A stretch of 64,000 bases of DNA from an uncultured delta proteobacterium (GCA_963716725.1 CAVQUB010000005.1:64001-128000), one strand, 5' to 3'. Shown: positions 9,478 through 19,732, counted from the first letter of the stretch. Notes: generated by a model from the sequence alone, not told the origin. Program-made: numbers and translations.

Positions 9478-10095
9478 ATGGACGAGTCAGAGGCGTCGCC
9501 CGTGCTGATCGAGACCGAGCGGCTGGTCTTGACGCTGCTGCCACCTTCCGCGGCGCCACGCGTGCAGGCTTACTTCTGGGAGAACCGCGCCCACCTCGCG
9601 CCCTGGTCGCCGCCGACGCCTCCCGCCTACAACAGCGAGGAGTATTGGCGCTGGCGCCTGGAGCAGAACCGCGTCGAGTACCTCGAGGACCGCTCGTGTC
9701 GGCTGCAGCTCGGGTTGGCCAGCGACGCGGATGGCCCGGTGATCGGCCACGTCAGCTTCACGGAAATCTGCCGCGGTCCGTTTCAGGCATGCCACTTGGG
9801 CTACAACGTCGATCACCGTCACGAGGGCCACGGACTCATGCGTGAAGCGCTCCGCGCGGCCATCGATTTTGCCTTCGGTCGACTCGGGCTGCATCGGCTC
9901 AGCGCCAACTACATGCCGGTCAACGAGCGTTCCGGTCGTCTGCTTCGGGGCTTGGGCTTCGTGGTGGAAGGCTATGCCCGTGACTATCTGTTCATCGCCG
10001 GCGCGTGGCGTGATCACGTGCTCACGGCGCTCTACAACCCCGATCCGTCTCCGCCGGGGGTGCGAGCGTTTGCACTGCCACAATCACGAGGCTGA
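9478..10095 (+). CDS. GNAT N-acetyltransferase, RimJ family
   Basis: IETERLVL, ENRAHLAPW, GPFQACHLGY, GHGLMREAL, GLHRLSANYMPVNERS, LGFVVEGYARDYLFIAGAWRDH. Confidence 0.92.
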   Translation: MDESEASPVLIETERLVLTLLPPSAAPRVQAYFWENRAHLAPWSPPTPPAYNSEEYWRWRLEQNRVEYLEDRSCRLQLGLASDADGPVIGHVSFTEICRGPFQACHLGYNVDHRHEGHGLMREALRAAIDFAFGRLGLHRLSANYMPVNERSGRLLRGLGFVVEGYARDYLFIAGAWRDHVLTALYNPDPSPPGVRAFALPQSRG

Positions 10096-12414
10096 GCGGC
10101 GTCGCCGTCGCAAGAAGGCGAGGGCGCTGGCCAAGAGCCCTGCCGCGAACCACGACGACCTGCCGCCGGGAACGGCGCTGCAGTCCGACAGAGAGTTCAG
10201 GTCTTGGTCGTAGGCGGAGGTTTCGACGTCAAGGCCGCCGCTGCCTCCGAAGCCGCTGCTGCCTCCGAAGCCGCCTCCGAAGCCGCCGCTGCCTCCGAAG
10301 CTGCCTCCGAAGCCGCCGCTGCCTCCCGTCGCCGGCGCTTTCTGCACCAGCTCGAGCTCGGTGAACAGCCCCATCTCGTCGCCCTTGTTCACGATCATGA
10401 CCCAGGCGTCCGTCGCGCCGGTGGGCACGTCGATCAACGCGTAGTTGGCCGCCCCCGTAGCGGGCTCGAAGAGCGTGGCGGCGTTCGAGCTGACTCCGGA
10501 CGAAGGATCGAACACGATCGCATCGCTGGCGAAGCGTACGAGCACCGCCGGCGAATAGGGATCGGCTTCAGGGCCGAGCTGCGAGCCGAGCGGGTGGTTC
10601 TGCCACTCGACCCGGAGCTTCTCGGTGGCCGCCTTCAAGGCCACGTGCGCCTGCAAGAGGCCGGGCGCGAAGCTCTCGCCTTGCTCGAACCCGACGTAGG
10701 GCTTGCCGGGCGAATAGAAGCCCTGGGCGATCTTCCAGTGTTTGCTCTTGAGTGGCTGGCCCTTGTACTCGAGCACGCGCTCGCAACGCGGCAGCACGCC
10801 CCGCTTCTCGAACTCCGTCTTCAGCGCGTCGGCGGCGGTCTTGCCCAGGGTCGACGTCTCGATCGCCGCTCGGAACAGCTCGGCCAGATCCTCGTAGCCC
10901 AGCTCGCCGCTGGGCGCGGCCATCATGGCGGTCACCAGCGCCGCGTCGAACTTGCCGCGGTCGGCCTCGGGCAAAGACTGCCGGGTGCTCCACAGCGCGG
11001 CCGAGAAGAAGGTCGAGTCGACGTGCACTTCGCCGGCCAGATATCCGGGGCAAGTGTCGGCGGCGTCGAGATCGCGGATCACGTCCCCGCCATAGCCGTA
11101 AGAGGTGTTCTTGGCGGCGTACTCACCCACCTGACCGTCGCCGGTCAGCGCGCTCGAGAAGTAGTCGGCGAGCCCTTCGTTCATGGCGCCGGGTGCCGGC
11201 GTTGCCCCCTGGGAATCGAGGTGCCAGTAGGGTGCAAAGTCGATGGTGCGATCGGTGAGCGCGTGCCCGAGCTCGTGGTAGACCACGTCGCCGTCGTAGG
11301 CGAAGTCGGCGTTCTTGCCTTGGCCGAAGAAGAGCCCGCCGTCGACGTTGTCGAAGAGGCCGGGGTAGGGGCTCTTCGGGCTGAAGAAAGCGTTGTCGTA
11401 GGACTGCAGCGGCAGCGCCGTGTTCTTCATCGTGGAGACGTCGCCGCTGTCCCAGCCTTGGGGAAAACGCAGGTTGGCCACCGCCGTCAACGGCTTGAAG
11501 TCGAGCTGGGGCATGCCCAATGACTCGAAGAACGCGTAAGCCTTGGCGGTGTGGAAGTACATGCTGACCTCCGCAAACTCGTCTTCGGGGGCGGTATTGC
11601 TGGCGAACTTGTAGGGGAAGTCGCCGCTCGCATCTGAGACCGCCTTGGGCAGCAGCTCGCACATGTGGATCTGGTACTTGCCGACGAGCTTCTGGGTGTC
11701 CACGCAGGTCACGGCCCGAATGCGGGAGTCCTCCAGCTTGGTCGCGCCCACCGCCAGGGAGCTCAGGGTCACCGGCGCGGCAGTGGGCGTCGAGACCGGG
11801 TTCTCTTCGTAGACGGTCGCGGCTCGATCGAAGCGCGTCGCGTCATAGGTGAGGATCAGTCTCCCCGTGTGTGCGTCGACGAGGACGACGGGCGAGCGCG
11901 GCGTGCCGGGGATCAGCCCGCGGTAGAGCACCCAGACCAGTCGCGCGGTGCCTCCGCGATCGAGCCACGCCAGCCGAACGTCGTTGGCACCGAAGTCGGC
12001 GCCGCGGGTGAACGCGTTTGCGCTCTGCGCGGCAGCGCTACGGGTGAGTGATGGCGTGTGCAAGACCGGGAAGCGCGGCGCGAGCCGAGCGGCCGCGAGG
12101 GCTGTCGGGTTGCCCCCGGCGTCGAGCACGACGCTGGCGCCTCGGGCGAGCACCGGGATGCCGTGATGCCGCTGCGCGAAGCGCACGACCCGGTGCCCGC
12201 TCGGCAGCGAGTGGGTGCGGGTGTGGACCAGGTCCAACTGGCCCGCCTCGGCCGAGCGAGACTTCAACACCTCCCGCGCGCGCGACACGGGGTCCGCCCC
12301 CTTGGGTGAGACTGGTGTGTTGGGCAGCAGCAGGCGCGGTGCCCCGCTGGCGACGGACGACAAGAGCAGCGCTGCGACGAGTGGGGTCAGGTGGGCCAAT
12401 CGGGGCGTACGCAC
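10084..12414 (-). CDS. Secreted zinc metallopeptidase (thermolysin M4/M36-like; FTP and PepSY propeptide) with MYXO-CTERM
   Basis: DNAFF, HELGH, NEGLADYF, GEVH; C-terminus CSAVPGG...GLLASALAFLRRRRR; GGAGG-N4-GTG start at 12414. Confidence 0.88.
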   Translation of the reverse strand: MRTPRLAHLTPLVAALLLSSVASGAPRLLLPNTPVSPKGADPVSRAREVLKSRSAEAGQLDLVHTRTHSLPSGHRVVRFAQRHHGIPVLARGASVVLDAGGNPTALAAARLAPRFPVLHTPSLTRSAAAQSANAFTRGADFGANDVRLAWLDRGGTARLVWVLYRGLIPGTPRSPVVLVDAHTGRLILTYDATRFDRAATVYEENPVSTPTAAPVTLSSLAVGATKLEDSRIRAVTCVDTQKLVGKYQIHMCELLPKAVSDASGDFPYKFASNTAPEDEFAEVSMYFHTAKAYAFFESLGMPQLDFKPLTAVANLRFPQGWDSGDVSTMKNTALPLQSYDNAFFSPKSPYPGLFDNVDGGLFFGQGKNADFAYDGDVVYHELGHALTDRTIDFAPYWHLDSQGATPAPGAMNEGLADYFSSALTGDGQVGEYAAKNTSYGYGGDVIRDLDAADTCPGYLAGEVHVDSTFFSAALWSTRQSLPEADRGKFDAALVTAMMAAPSGELGYEDLAELFRAAIETSTLGKTAADALKTEFEKRGVLPRCERVLEYKGQPLKSKHWKIAQGFYSPGKPYVGFEQGESFAPGLLQAHVALKAATEKLRVEWQNHPLGSQLGPEADPYSPAVLVRFASDAIVFDPSSGVSSNAATLFEPATGAANYALIDVPTGATDAWVMIVNKGDEMGLFTELELVQKAPATGGSGGFGGSFGGSGGFGGGFGGSSGFGGSGGLDVETSAYDQDLNSLSDCSAVPGGRSSWFAAGLLASALAFLRRRRRSAS

Positions 12415-12530
12415 ATCGCCTCCCTGGGGTTCGCGGTGGGGCGCGATCCTTGGCAGCGCACCGGGGCCCGCGCAAGTCCAGGAGATCCCCAGGGGTTTTT
12501 CCCAATATCCGGGCCCCGACAAACTTTTTT

Positions 12531-12558
12531 GGAACCCCGGGGCTCTGCGGCCTGTCAA
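12531..12558 (+). promoter_or_regulatory. Candidate ECF-sigma promoter GGAACC-N17-GTCAA
   Basis: Preceded by a T-run; upstream of the 12671 gene; motif similarity only. Confidence 0.35.
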
Positions 12559-12670
12559 TCCCCGCAAGAACACGACGCAAGCACGCCAGATGGGCGGCCC
12601 TCCCACACTGATGTGGGACGAAGCCCCGCCGAGCTGGTCCAGCGTCGCAACGCGAGGTGTGAGATCTGTC

Positions 12671-14209
12671 ATGGCCCAGTCAAATTCCGTCAACCCCTTC
12701 CTCTCGACCCTGACCAACTTCGACGCGCGCACGGCGTTCGGGCTCGAGCCGGCTCCGTTGGCGAATGACGACGCACCCATGGGCTACGCGCTGGTGCAGA
12801 ACGGCCCGGCCGTGAGCTCCGAAGAGTGCGAGAACGTCGCGGCCCGCGCCGTCGAAGTCACGGTGCTCTGGGGCGCGAACATCATCCACGTCGCGCACCT
12901 CGATCCTCCGCGCGCTTTTGCCGTCGGCGAACGCGCCAGCGAGGTCACGCTGCCGAGCGAGAAGCTCGGGACGGATCGTCTCGAGATCGTCAGCCTGATG
13001 GCGGGCGAGCCCTGCGTGACGGTCCCGGCCGGCGCGACGGCGCGCATCACGAAGTCGAGCGGCACCGAGACCGCGGCCCCGGGCGCCACCATCGCCCTCG
13101 CGCTGGGGACGCGCGTGGATCTGAGCTTCGGTGATCTGAAAGTGCAGATCGGCGGCGTGCACGCTGGCAAGCGCACCAAGCGTGCGTACTTCGCCGACGA
13201 CGACTCCTCGACGGCAGCCTTCTTCGGTCTGTCCGCGAGCATCGTGGCGGCCTTCGTCGGTGCGATGGCCTTCTTCGTGCCGGCCATGGGCCTGACGGAC
13301 GACGAGAGCAACGACAGCGACCGCCTGGTGCTGATCCAGCAGTACCTTTCGGCGAGCGCCGAGCGCAACCGCGAGCTCGACGAGAAGACCGCCGAGAACA
13401 CCGACACCGAGAAGGGCGGCGGCGAGCGCGCCGAGGCGGCGGCGAAGGAGTCCGGCGCCATGGGCAAGCCCAGCGCGAAGCTCGCGAGCAAGCGTGCGGG
13501 CGTGGCCGGGCCCAAGGACAACATCGACCCGCACATGGCGCGGGAGCGCGCCCTGAACGAGGCCCGCACCTTCGGCATGATCGGCCTGCTCAACTCGGGC
13601 CCTGGTGGGGATCCCAACGCCCCGACCGTGCCCTGGGGCCGCGATTCTTCCCTCGGCACCGATGACAAGAGCGCCCAGGGCAACATGTGGGGCGACGAGA
13701 TCGGCGACTCATGGGGATCCAACGGCCTGGGCCTGACCGGGATCGGTGAGGGTGCCGGCGGCAAGGGCGAGGGCATCGGCATCAACGGTATCGGCACCTG
13801 CGGCGGCACCGTGTGCTCGGGACTCGAGGGCGGCTTCGGCAACTCGCTCGGACGAAACGCGCCGGGTCACAAGACGCGCGTGCCGCAAATGCGGCCCGAC
13901 GGGTCGCTGAGCGTGTCCGGTCACCTGCCCTCGGAGGTCGTGCAGCGCATCGTCCGCCAGAACTACGGTCGCTTCCGCATGTGTTACGAGCAGGGACTGG
14001 GTCGTAACCCGAACCTGCAAGGTCGCGTCGCGGTACGCTTCGTGATCGGTCGTGACGGCGCGGTGAGCCGCGTGCAGAACGCGGGCAGCGACATGCCCGA
14101 CAGCGGAGTGGTGAGTTGCGTCGTCGGCGCCTACTACGGGCTCTCGTTCCCGGCACCCGAGAACGGCATCGTCACCGTGAGCTACCCGATCATGTTTTCG
14201 CCTGGCTGA
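12671..14209 (+). CDS. AgmX/PglI (TonB-C-like) C-terminal domain protein, GltG-like architecture
   Basis: N-terminal cytoplasmic domain, single TM, Gly-rich linker, C-terminal VSGHLPSEVVQRIVRQNYGRFRMCYEQGL...GRVAVRFVI...LSFPAP...VSYP. Confidence 0.88.
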   Translation: MAQSNSVNPFLSTLTNFDARTAFGLEPAPLANDDAPMGYALVQNGPAVSSEECENVAARAVEVTVLWGANIIHVAHLDPPRAFAVGERASEVTLPSEKLGTDRLEIVSLMAGEPCVTVPAGATARITKSSGTETAAPGATIALALGTRVDLSFGDLKVQIGGVHAGKRTKRAYFADDDSSTAAFFGLSASIVAAFVGAMAFFVPAMGLTDDESNDSDRLVLIQQYLSASAERNRELDEKTAENTDTEKGGGERAEAAAKESGAMGKPSAKLASKRAGVAGPKDNIDPHMARERALNEARTFGMIGLLNSGPGGDPNAPTVPWGRDSSLGTDDKSAQGNMWGDEIGDSWGSNGLGLTGIGEGAGGKGEGIGINGIGTCGGTVCSGLEGGFGNSLGRNAPGHKTRVPQMRPDGSLSVSGHLPSEVVQRIVRQNYGRFRMCYEQGLGRNPNLQGRVAVRFVIGRDGAVSRVQNAGSDMPDSGVVSCVVGAYYGLSFPAPENGIVTVSYPIMFSPG

Positions 14210-14243
14210 TCTCTCCCCGCATCGAACCCCGGTTCAGCCAGGT

Positions 14244-14273
14244 AGGGTCGCGTCACAGGACGCGGCCCTTTTT
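14244..14273 (+). terminator. Rho-independent terminator
   Basis: AGGGTCGCGTC-ACAG-GACGCGGCCC-TTTTT. Confidence 0.85.
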
Positions 14274-14305
14274 CTATGCGCGCCCGGGATTGGGCCTCAC
14301 GCGCC

Positions 14306-15775
14306 TCACTTCGTGAAACGAATCACGCGGTCGAGGACCAGCGTGCTCGGATCGGGAGCGGTCTTGGTCTTCGGCTCCAGGTAGGTGCGGAAGGTGATGG
14401 TTCCCGATTTGCCCGCGGCGACGCCGGTCGGACAGCCCGCATCTGGGATCTCCAGGCACTTTGGATCGCCGGCGCAAGCGCGAGCGACCTTCCACGCATA
14501 GAGCTTCGACGCGTCCGGGTGCGACGGCAGGAAGGCGCTGGCGCTGCCGGCGTACTTCAGGTTGTCGATGGAGGCGACGCCGACCAGGTGATCCATCGCG
14601 TAGACGCTGAAATTCGAGTAGCTGGTCTTGCCCGACTTCACGTGGTCGACGCCCAGCACCACGAAGAAATCGTCGGGCGACGTGAACAGGGGCTGCGGCA
14701 GGGTAGTCGGGTAGTTGGTGTCGCGATTGTCACCGGCGCAGACCGCGTTGCCTTGGATGCAGGCCATGGGATCCGGAGTGCCCTTGCTCACGAGCATGAC
14801 CTTGGCGGTAAAGCCCGGGTTGGCGGCGATGACGGCGGCTTCCAGCGCGTCGAGCGCGCTGGTCAGCCCGGTCTCGGTGTCGGTGGTGTTCTTGGGGCGA
14901 GCCGCAGGTGTGGGCAGCGGGTTGGGCGCCTTCGGCGTCTTCGGCGTCACGCGCAGGAGCTGACCCGGGATGGCGTCGAGGTAGGTCTTGCCCTTGGCCG
15001 CGTCGCCGAACAACGCCACCCGGAACAGCACGCCCACCGTCTCTGCCGAGTCCTCGATGCCGAGCTTCACCAAGCTCGGATCGAAGGTCAGGGTGTTGAT
15101 CGCGGTCGCTGCCACGCCGGAAGCGACCAACGCCGCTGTCGCGTCGCTCACGGTGGTCTGGTCGGCCGCGGCGATGATGGCCACGGGCGCCTCGAAGGGA
15201 TCGGGCTCCCCGCCCACCTGAATGACGAGCTGGTTGAGCGTCTCGGACAAGCTGGCGAAGACCGGCTTGCGCGTTCCCGGTGAATCCTCTCGGTCCATCA
15301 AATAGGGCGTGAGCCCGAAGTACTTGGCGTCCGGCGGCGTGGTTCCGACCCAGATCACCGCTTCGTCTGCGCGCAGACGGTACGAGGCGGCGAGTCCTGC
15401 GTTGTCCTCGTTGAGATTCGCAGCGGTCTGCCCCGGCGCGCGCGGCACGTGGAACGCGGCGTAGGGACTGGTCGGGTTGTTGCCGGAGCAGCTCTTGCCC
15501 GCCGAGCAGCAATCCGAGAGATCGAGCAGCCGAAACGCGCCCTGCTGGACCAGAAAACCCTGGCTCTCGAGGGCGGAGCCTAGGCCGGTCTTGCCACCAC
15601 TGCCGGAGCTGCCGGCGGTTCCGCCACTGCCGGCGGTTCCGCCACCGGCCTGCGCGTCGCCGGCGTTGCCCCCGGCGCCGCCCGACGACGAGCCGGGGTC
15701 GTCGTCGCCGCCGCAGGCGAAGGCGAAAGAGAGAGCAAGCCCGAACGCGGACGCGAACGAATAGCGCAACCCCAT
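14306..15775 (-). CDS. Lipoprotein, hypothetical (Gly-rich linker plus Cys-containing globular domain)
   Basis: FAFAC lipobox; TAGCTT-N7-ATG at 15775; GC3-biased codons. Confidence 0.8.
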   Translation of the reverse strand: MGLRYSFASAFGLALSFAFACGGDDDPGSSSGGAGGNAGDAQAGGGTAGSGGTAGSSGSGGKTGLGSALESQGFLVQQGAFRLLDLSDCCSAGKSCSGNNPTSPYAAFHVPRAPGQTAANLNEDNAGLAASYRLRADEAVIWVGTTPPDAKYFGLTPYLMDREDSPGTRKPVFASLSETLNQLVIQVGGEPDPFEAPVAIIAAADQTTVSDATAALVASGVAATAINTLTFDPSLVKLGIEDSAETVGVLFRVALFGDAAKGKTYLDAIPGQLLRVTPKTPKAPNPLPTPAARPKNTTDTETGLTSALDALEAAVIAANPGFTAKVMLVSKGTPDPMACIQGNAVCAGDNRDTNYPTTLPQPLFTSPDDFFVVLGVDHVKSGKTSYSNFSVYAMDHLVGVASIDNLKYAGSASAFLPSHPDASKLYAWKVARACAGDPKCLEIPDAGCPTGVAAGKSGTITFRTYLEPKTKTAPDPSTLVLDRVIRFTK

Positions 15776-15891
15776 GCGGGAGAAGCTAGCACCTGTGACG
15801 AAGGCGACCAACGCGACGAACGCGACCAACGCGACGGCGTGAAGCAGGAAACCGCGGGCGAGGAAACCCCGGCAGCGTGGTAGGCTGCGCT

Positions 15892-16623
15892 GTGCGATCG
15901 CTCCTCGCGACTTCGGTGGCCTTTTTGGTCGCGGGACTTGGCGCGTGCACTGTGGAGCCCGTCGAGCTCGACGGAAAGCGCTGCCCCTGCGCCGGTGGCT
16001 ACGTTTGCGACTCGGCGCTCAATCGGTGCGTCTTGCCGGGCGGCGCTGGTGGCACCGGTGCGAGCGGCGGTGCTTCGCCGACAGGGGGCGCTGCCGGTGC
16101 GAGCGCATCGGGCGGGGCTGCCGGCGCCAGCGGCGCCAGCGGCTCCGGCGGGAGTGCGACGGGTGGCAATGGCGGCTCCGGCGGGAGTGCGACGGGTGGC
16201 AATGGCGGCTCCGGCGGGAGTGCGACGGGTGGCAATGGCGGCTCCGGCGGGAGTGCGACGGGTGGCAATGGCGGCTCCGGCGGGGACGGCGGATCGACCG
16301 GGATCGACTGCGGAGCCGAGAACGTCTGCGAGGCGGGTCAGATCTGCTGCTACACCCAGAGCACGAAGATCGGAGTCTGCGGCGCGCTGGGAAGCTGCAC
16401 GTCTCCGCAGGTCCCCATCAGCTGCCAGCGCCCGTCGGATTGCCCCGGGCAGATCTGTTGTGGTCAGCTCAAGATCGGTACCACCTACCTCTCGGTGAGC
16501 TGCCAGTCGTCGTGCTCTGGCTGGAGTGAGCTTGAAATGTGTACCGGGCAGCCGTCCGTGTGTTCCGGCGGCGATACTTGTCAGAGCAGCACCGCTTTGC
16601 TCAATTTCTCGTTCTGCGGCTAG
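15892..16623 (+). CDS. Gly-rich/Cys-rich lipoprotein
   Basis: LGAC lipobox; CPCAGGYVC module; GSGGSATGGNG repeats; C-terminal Cys-rich domain. Confidence 0.8.
   Translation: MRSLLATSVAFLVAGLGACTVEPVELDGKRCPCAGGYVCDSALNRCVLPGGAGGTGASGGASPTGGAAGASASGGAAGASGASGSGGSATGGNGGSGGSATGGNGGSGGSATGGNGGSGGSATGGNGGSGGDGGSTGIDCGAENVCEAGQICCYTQSTKIGVCGALGSCTSPQVPISCQRPSDCPGQICCGQLKIGTTYLSVSCQSSCSGWSELEMCTGQPSVCSGGDTCQSSTALLNFSFCG
16141..16283 (+). repeat. 33-bp coding tandem repeat, 4 copies plus a partial copy (GSGGSATGGNG)
   Basis: ggctccggcgggagtgcgacgggtggcaatggc repeated identically. Confidence 0.9.
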
Positions 16624-16633
16624 ACCGCCTGGC

Positions 16634-17305
16634 TCAGCGCAGCGCCCGACCGATGGCCATCTTCGTGCTGAGCACCCAGGCCGATCGCAGGCCGACCCAG
16701 CCGTAGCCCACGGGCGCTCCCGACTCGGGGCTGGCCACCACCAAGATGGTGCCGTGGCCGAAGCCCGTGCGCTTCGTGCCCGCGCGGGAGTCGTCTTGAT
16801 GGCGATAGCGCGAGGCATCCGCGATCCGCATCAGGTAGACGTAGGGAGTCTCGGGGACGGGCTCCGGCGCCGCGAGCAAGAAGGCGACATGCCCGGTGTT
16901 CGCCGACTGGATCTCCTTGGGTTTGAGCCAGGCGATGACGTCCCCCGCGGTGGCGTCCGCGACGCGCGGGACGCGCTCCCAACCCTGCCGCTCGTGGCCG
17001 GCGATGGAGGTCGCAATCTGCCGGTAGTAGTCCCGCGCCAACGGGCGACCGTTCGTCGCGCGGAAAGTCACCGCGGAATGTGCGACGGGGGAAGAGCGCT
17101 TCAGGACCCAGGCGGCCATGCCCGAGCAGTCGAACTCGTATCGTCCCGCGCGTTCATCGACCAAGGTGGCGTGGGTGTACTTCGACACCTGCAAGGTCGA
17201 CTCGATGCGCACCAGGGTCGAGAGCACCGCCTCGGGGCCCACGGGCGCCGCGGACACCGAGGACGCCGTGAGCGTGATCGCCGACAGTAGGCCCGAACGC
17301 ATCAT
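16634..17305 (-). CDS. Secreted NlpC/P60-like (papain-fold) Cys-His hydrolase
   Basis: Signal peptide; FDCSG ... GDVIAW ... TGHVAF motif order. Confidence 0.65.
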   Translation of the reverse strand: MMRSGLLSAITLTASSVSAAPVGPEAVLSTLVRIESTLQVSKYTHATLVDERAGRYEFDCSGMAAWVLKRSSPVAHSAVTFRATNGRPLARDYYRQIATSIAGHERQGWERVPRVADATAGDVIAWLKPKEIQSANTGHVAFLLAAPEPVPETPYVYLMRIADASRYRHQDDSRAGTKRTGFGHGTILVVASPESGAPVGYGWVGLRSAWVLSTKMAIGRALR

Positions 17306-17416
17306 GAACGACTTTGAACCGAGATCCCCGGCGGATCAAGCGACGCTTCATGGCATTTTGGCCGGGGGTGCACGGCGACGATGACGAGCGGCCGGCGTGA
17401 GGCATAAGCTCGCGCG

Positions 17417-19732
17417 GTGTCCGGCATCGCTCGTTGGTCGCTCCGGATCGGGGCAGTTCTGTTGTGTTCGTCGGTGGCGGGCTGCGCGCCGCCGCCGCGA
17501 CCTCCGGAGTCCGGGGCCGCGCCCAGCGCGAAGCCTCCCGACAAGGCGCCGACCAAGCGCCAGCAGCTGATCCAGGCGCTGCGATCGCTGGAGCGCACGA
17601 GCGATCCCATCGCTGCGCTGCCCGCTGCGCTGAGGAGCGAACTGCGGGAGTTCGTCCAGCAACTCGGTCAAGGCGAGCGCGCCGAACTCGCGAAGCGCGA
17701 GGGCCCCCTGGTGCGTGAGCGCCCGCTGCTCCACTTGGCTGTCGGCGGCACCGCTCCTGATGCGCTCTACGAGCTCGCGACCAGCCAGCGCCTGCCGCAA
17801 GATCTGATGACCGTGCGCGCCGCGTCCGGGAAGACGAGCTTCGACGATCTGCCTGCAGCGGTGACCGTCATGGCCGAGCGGTGCGCGACCACGTGGCTCC
17901 GCGATCGTGCCGCTGAGGCCGCGTCGCCGACCGCGCTCACGCCCGAGCTCGCGGATCGGATCGACGTCGCGGCGCAGGTCCTGGGCCGCTGGGACATCAC
18001 GCGGCTCGTCCGCGAGATCGCGGTCGAGGTCGTGCCCAACGACGCAACCCGCTGGGCGTCGCTGGCGCGCGCCACCGCTCACGAGCTGGACCTGGATGCG
18101 ACTCGCGCCGCCATCGCCGAGGCCAAGAAGTATCCAGTTTCGAATCGGATCCAGGCCGCGCGGGTCACCCGCGCCGAACGCGCGCTCGACGCGGTGTCGA
18201 AGATCAAGCAGCTCGAAACGACGGCAAAGGATCTGCCGAGCCGCCTCGAGCTGGCGCGCGCGCTGCTCGACATCCGTCGCCTCGACCAGGCGAAGAAGGC
18301 CCTCGCGCCCCACCAGGCCGACGCGGCGAAGCACCTCGGTGTCGCGGCCGCGCTGGCCGAGAGCGAGCTCGACAACGGTTTGTGCCCGGGTCTTCCGATG
18401 GGCATGGGCACGACGTTCTTGTGCGCGATAGCCTGGAAGCAGCACGCGCCGATGGTCTCTTTGACTGCGGAGCTCGAGCGGGCCTGGCAGAGCGGCGGCG
18501 GACGCGACGTCCGCGGCATCGAGGGCTACCTGGCCATCGTTCAAATCGCGCCGTGGCTGTACGGAACTACCGGGGCGGCAGGCATCACTCAAGAGGAGCT
18601 GGCGCGGCGATTTCTCGAACGCCTGGGCTCGATGCAGAGCGCGGCGAAGCTGGCGACGGCCAGCGCGCCGCATTTTGCGGGGGCGGTGCTGTTCGCCGAC
18701 ACCATCGCGGCGGGCTTCGACGCCGTCGTCAACAACCACACCAAGGTGCCCCCGGCCGCGCGCGCCGAACTCACCAAGCGCGCCACCGAGGTGGTGAAGG
18801 CGGCGCCGAAAGACCCCCTCGCGCACGCCTCGATGCTGGCCGTGGCCGCTCTCGCGTTTCGCGACGACGACGTGCAGCCGCTGCTCGAGCTGCTGCCCGA
18901 GGACGTCGATCCCGCGAACTTCTCCGCGTTCCAGGTGCTGCGCCTCTGGACCGGCACCGTGAAGCAGAACCCAGCGCTGGCGCGCTCTGCGGCCAACGAG
19001 CTCGCGGCGTTGATCCCCGAGCTCGCCGCCGACTCCCTCGACCGCGCGCGGCTCATGCTCTTGCTCGCGGAGAGCGATGCCACGCTCCACCGATCCGAGA
19101 AGGCATACGCCGTGTTGGAGCAGGTCGCCAAGTCATTGATCTCGGAGGGCGTGCCGCTCGAGCTCCGGCTGCGCGCCGCCATCGACTACGCCGGAGTGCG
19201 AGCGCTCGCGGGCAAGCCCGAAGAAGGAGCCCAAGCGCTCGAACTGATCGTTGCCAGCGCGCCGGTGACGCATCCCGACGTAAAGGCGCTGGGCTTCGTC
19301 GCGTCGAGCTACCTGTTCGTGCTGCGTGCTCGCTCGTCGAGCGGCAGCGAACGAGGGGAATATCGCGACAAGTTCGTGAAGCTCGGAAGCGAGCCAGCGT
19401 TCGCCAAGAGCTCGTCGGCGACGGATCTCTGGCGCCTGCACTGGCGCCGCGAACTCGACTTTTTGGTCGACACGGATCGCTGTGGGCCCCTCCGTGCCTG
19501 TGTCGACAACGCGAAGCGGAAACGCGGTCTGCCGATGGGAGAGCTCGAACAAGACGCGGGACCCGAGGTCGCCAAGCTGATCCGCCGGGGCGCGCTGCCG
19601 TCGGGCACCCTGAACCTGACCTTTGCCTTCGGCTCGTCGGGCCTCGAGGGCATCGTCCAGGTCACCCCGGCGTTGTTGGTCATGAACTCGCCCGGCCCAA
19701 CAACCGCAGAAAGAGCGGGCGATCGGCCGTAG
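17417..19732 (+). CDS. Large alpha-helical (TPR-like) lipoprotein
   Basis: VAGC lipobox, Pro-rich linker, Ala/Leu-rich helical repeats; TAAGCT-N6-GTG. Confidence 0.75.
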   Translation: MSGIARWSLRIGAVLLCSSVAGCAPPPRPPESGAAPSAKPPDKAPTKRQQLIQALRSLERTSDPIAALPAALRSELREFVQQLGQGERAELAKREGPLVRERPLLHLAVGGTAPDALYELATSQRLPQDLMTVRAASGKTSFDDLPAAVTVMAERCATTWLRDRAAEAASPTALTPELADRIDVAAQVLGRWDITRLVREIAVEVVPNDATRWASLARATAHELDLDATRAAIAEAKKYPVSNRIQAARVTRAERALDAVSKIKQLETTAKDLPSRLELARALLDIRRLDQAKKALAPHQADAAKHLGVAAALAESELDNGLCPGLPMGMGTTFLCAIAWKQHAPMVSLTAELERAWQSGGGRDVRGIEGYLAIVQIAPWLYGTTGAAGITQEELARRFLERLGSMQSAAKLATASAPHFAGAVLFADTIAAGFDAVVNNHTKVPPAARAELTKRATEVVKAAPKDPLAHASMLAVAALAFRDDDVQPLLELLPEDVDPANFSAFQVLRLWTGTVKQNPALARSAANELAALIPELAADSLDRARLMLLLAESDATLHRSEKAYAVLEQVAKSLISEGVPLELRLRAAIDYAGVRALAGKPEEGAQALELIVASAPVTHPDVKALGFVASSYLFVLRARSSSGSERGEYRDKFVKLGSEPAFAKSSSATDLWRLHWRRELDFLVDTDRCGPLRACVDNAKRKRGLPMGELEQDAGPEVAKLIRRGALPSGTLNLTFAFGSSGLEGIVQVTPALLVMNSPGPTTAERAGDRP

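Noticed and set aside
2517..10095. RiPP cluster (tldDE + small ORF + GNAT)
   Set aside because: No YcaO, radical SAM, LanM or other modifying enzyme, no transporter and no precursor-like peptide
12608..12625. CTGATG...CGAA as a hammerhead ribozyme core
   Set aside because: Lacks CUGANGA, GAAA and stem II; CTGA sits in a simple hairpin loop
15796..15837. 9-bp tandem (GCGACCAAC/GCGACGAAC) read as an MVAFVALVAFV N-terminal extension
   Set aside because: Lies upstream of the better start at 15775; a short intergenic repeat with no supportable function
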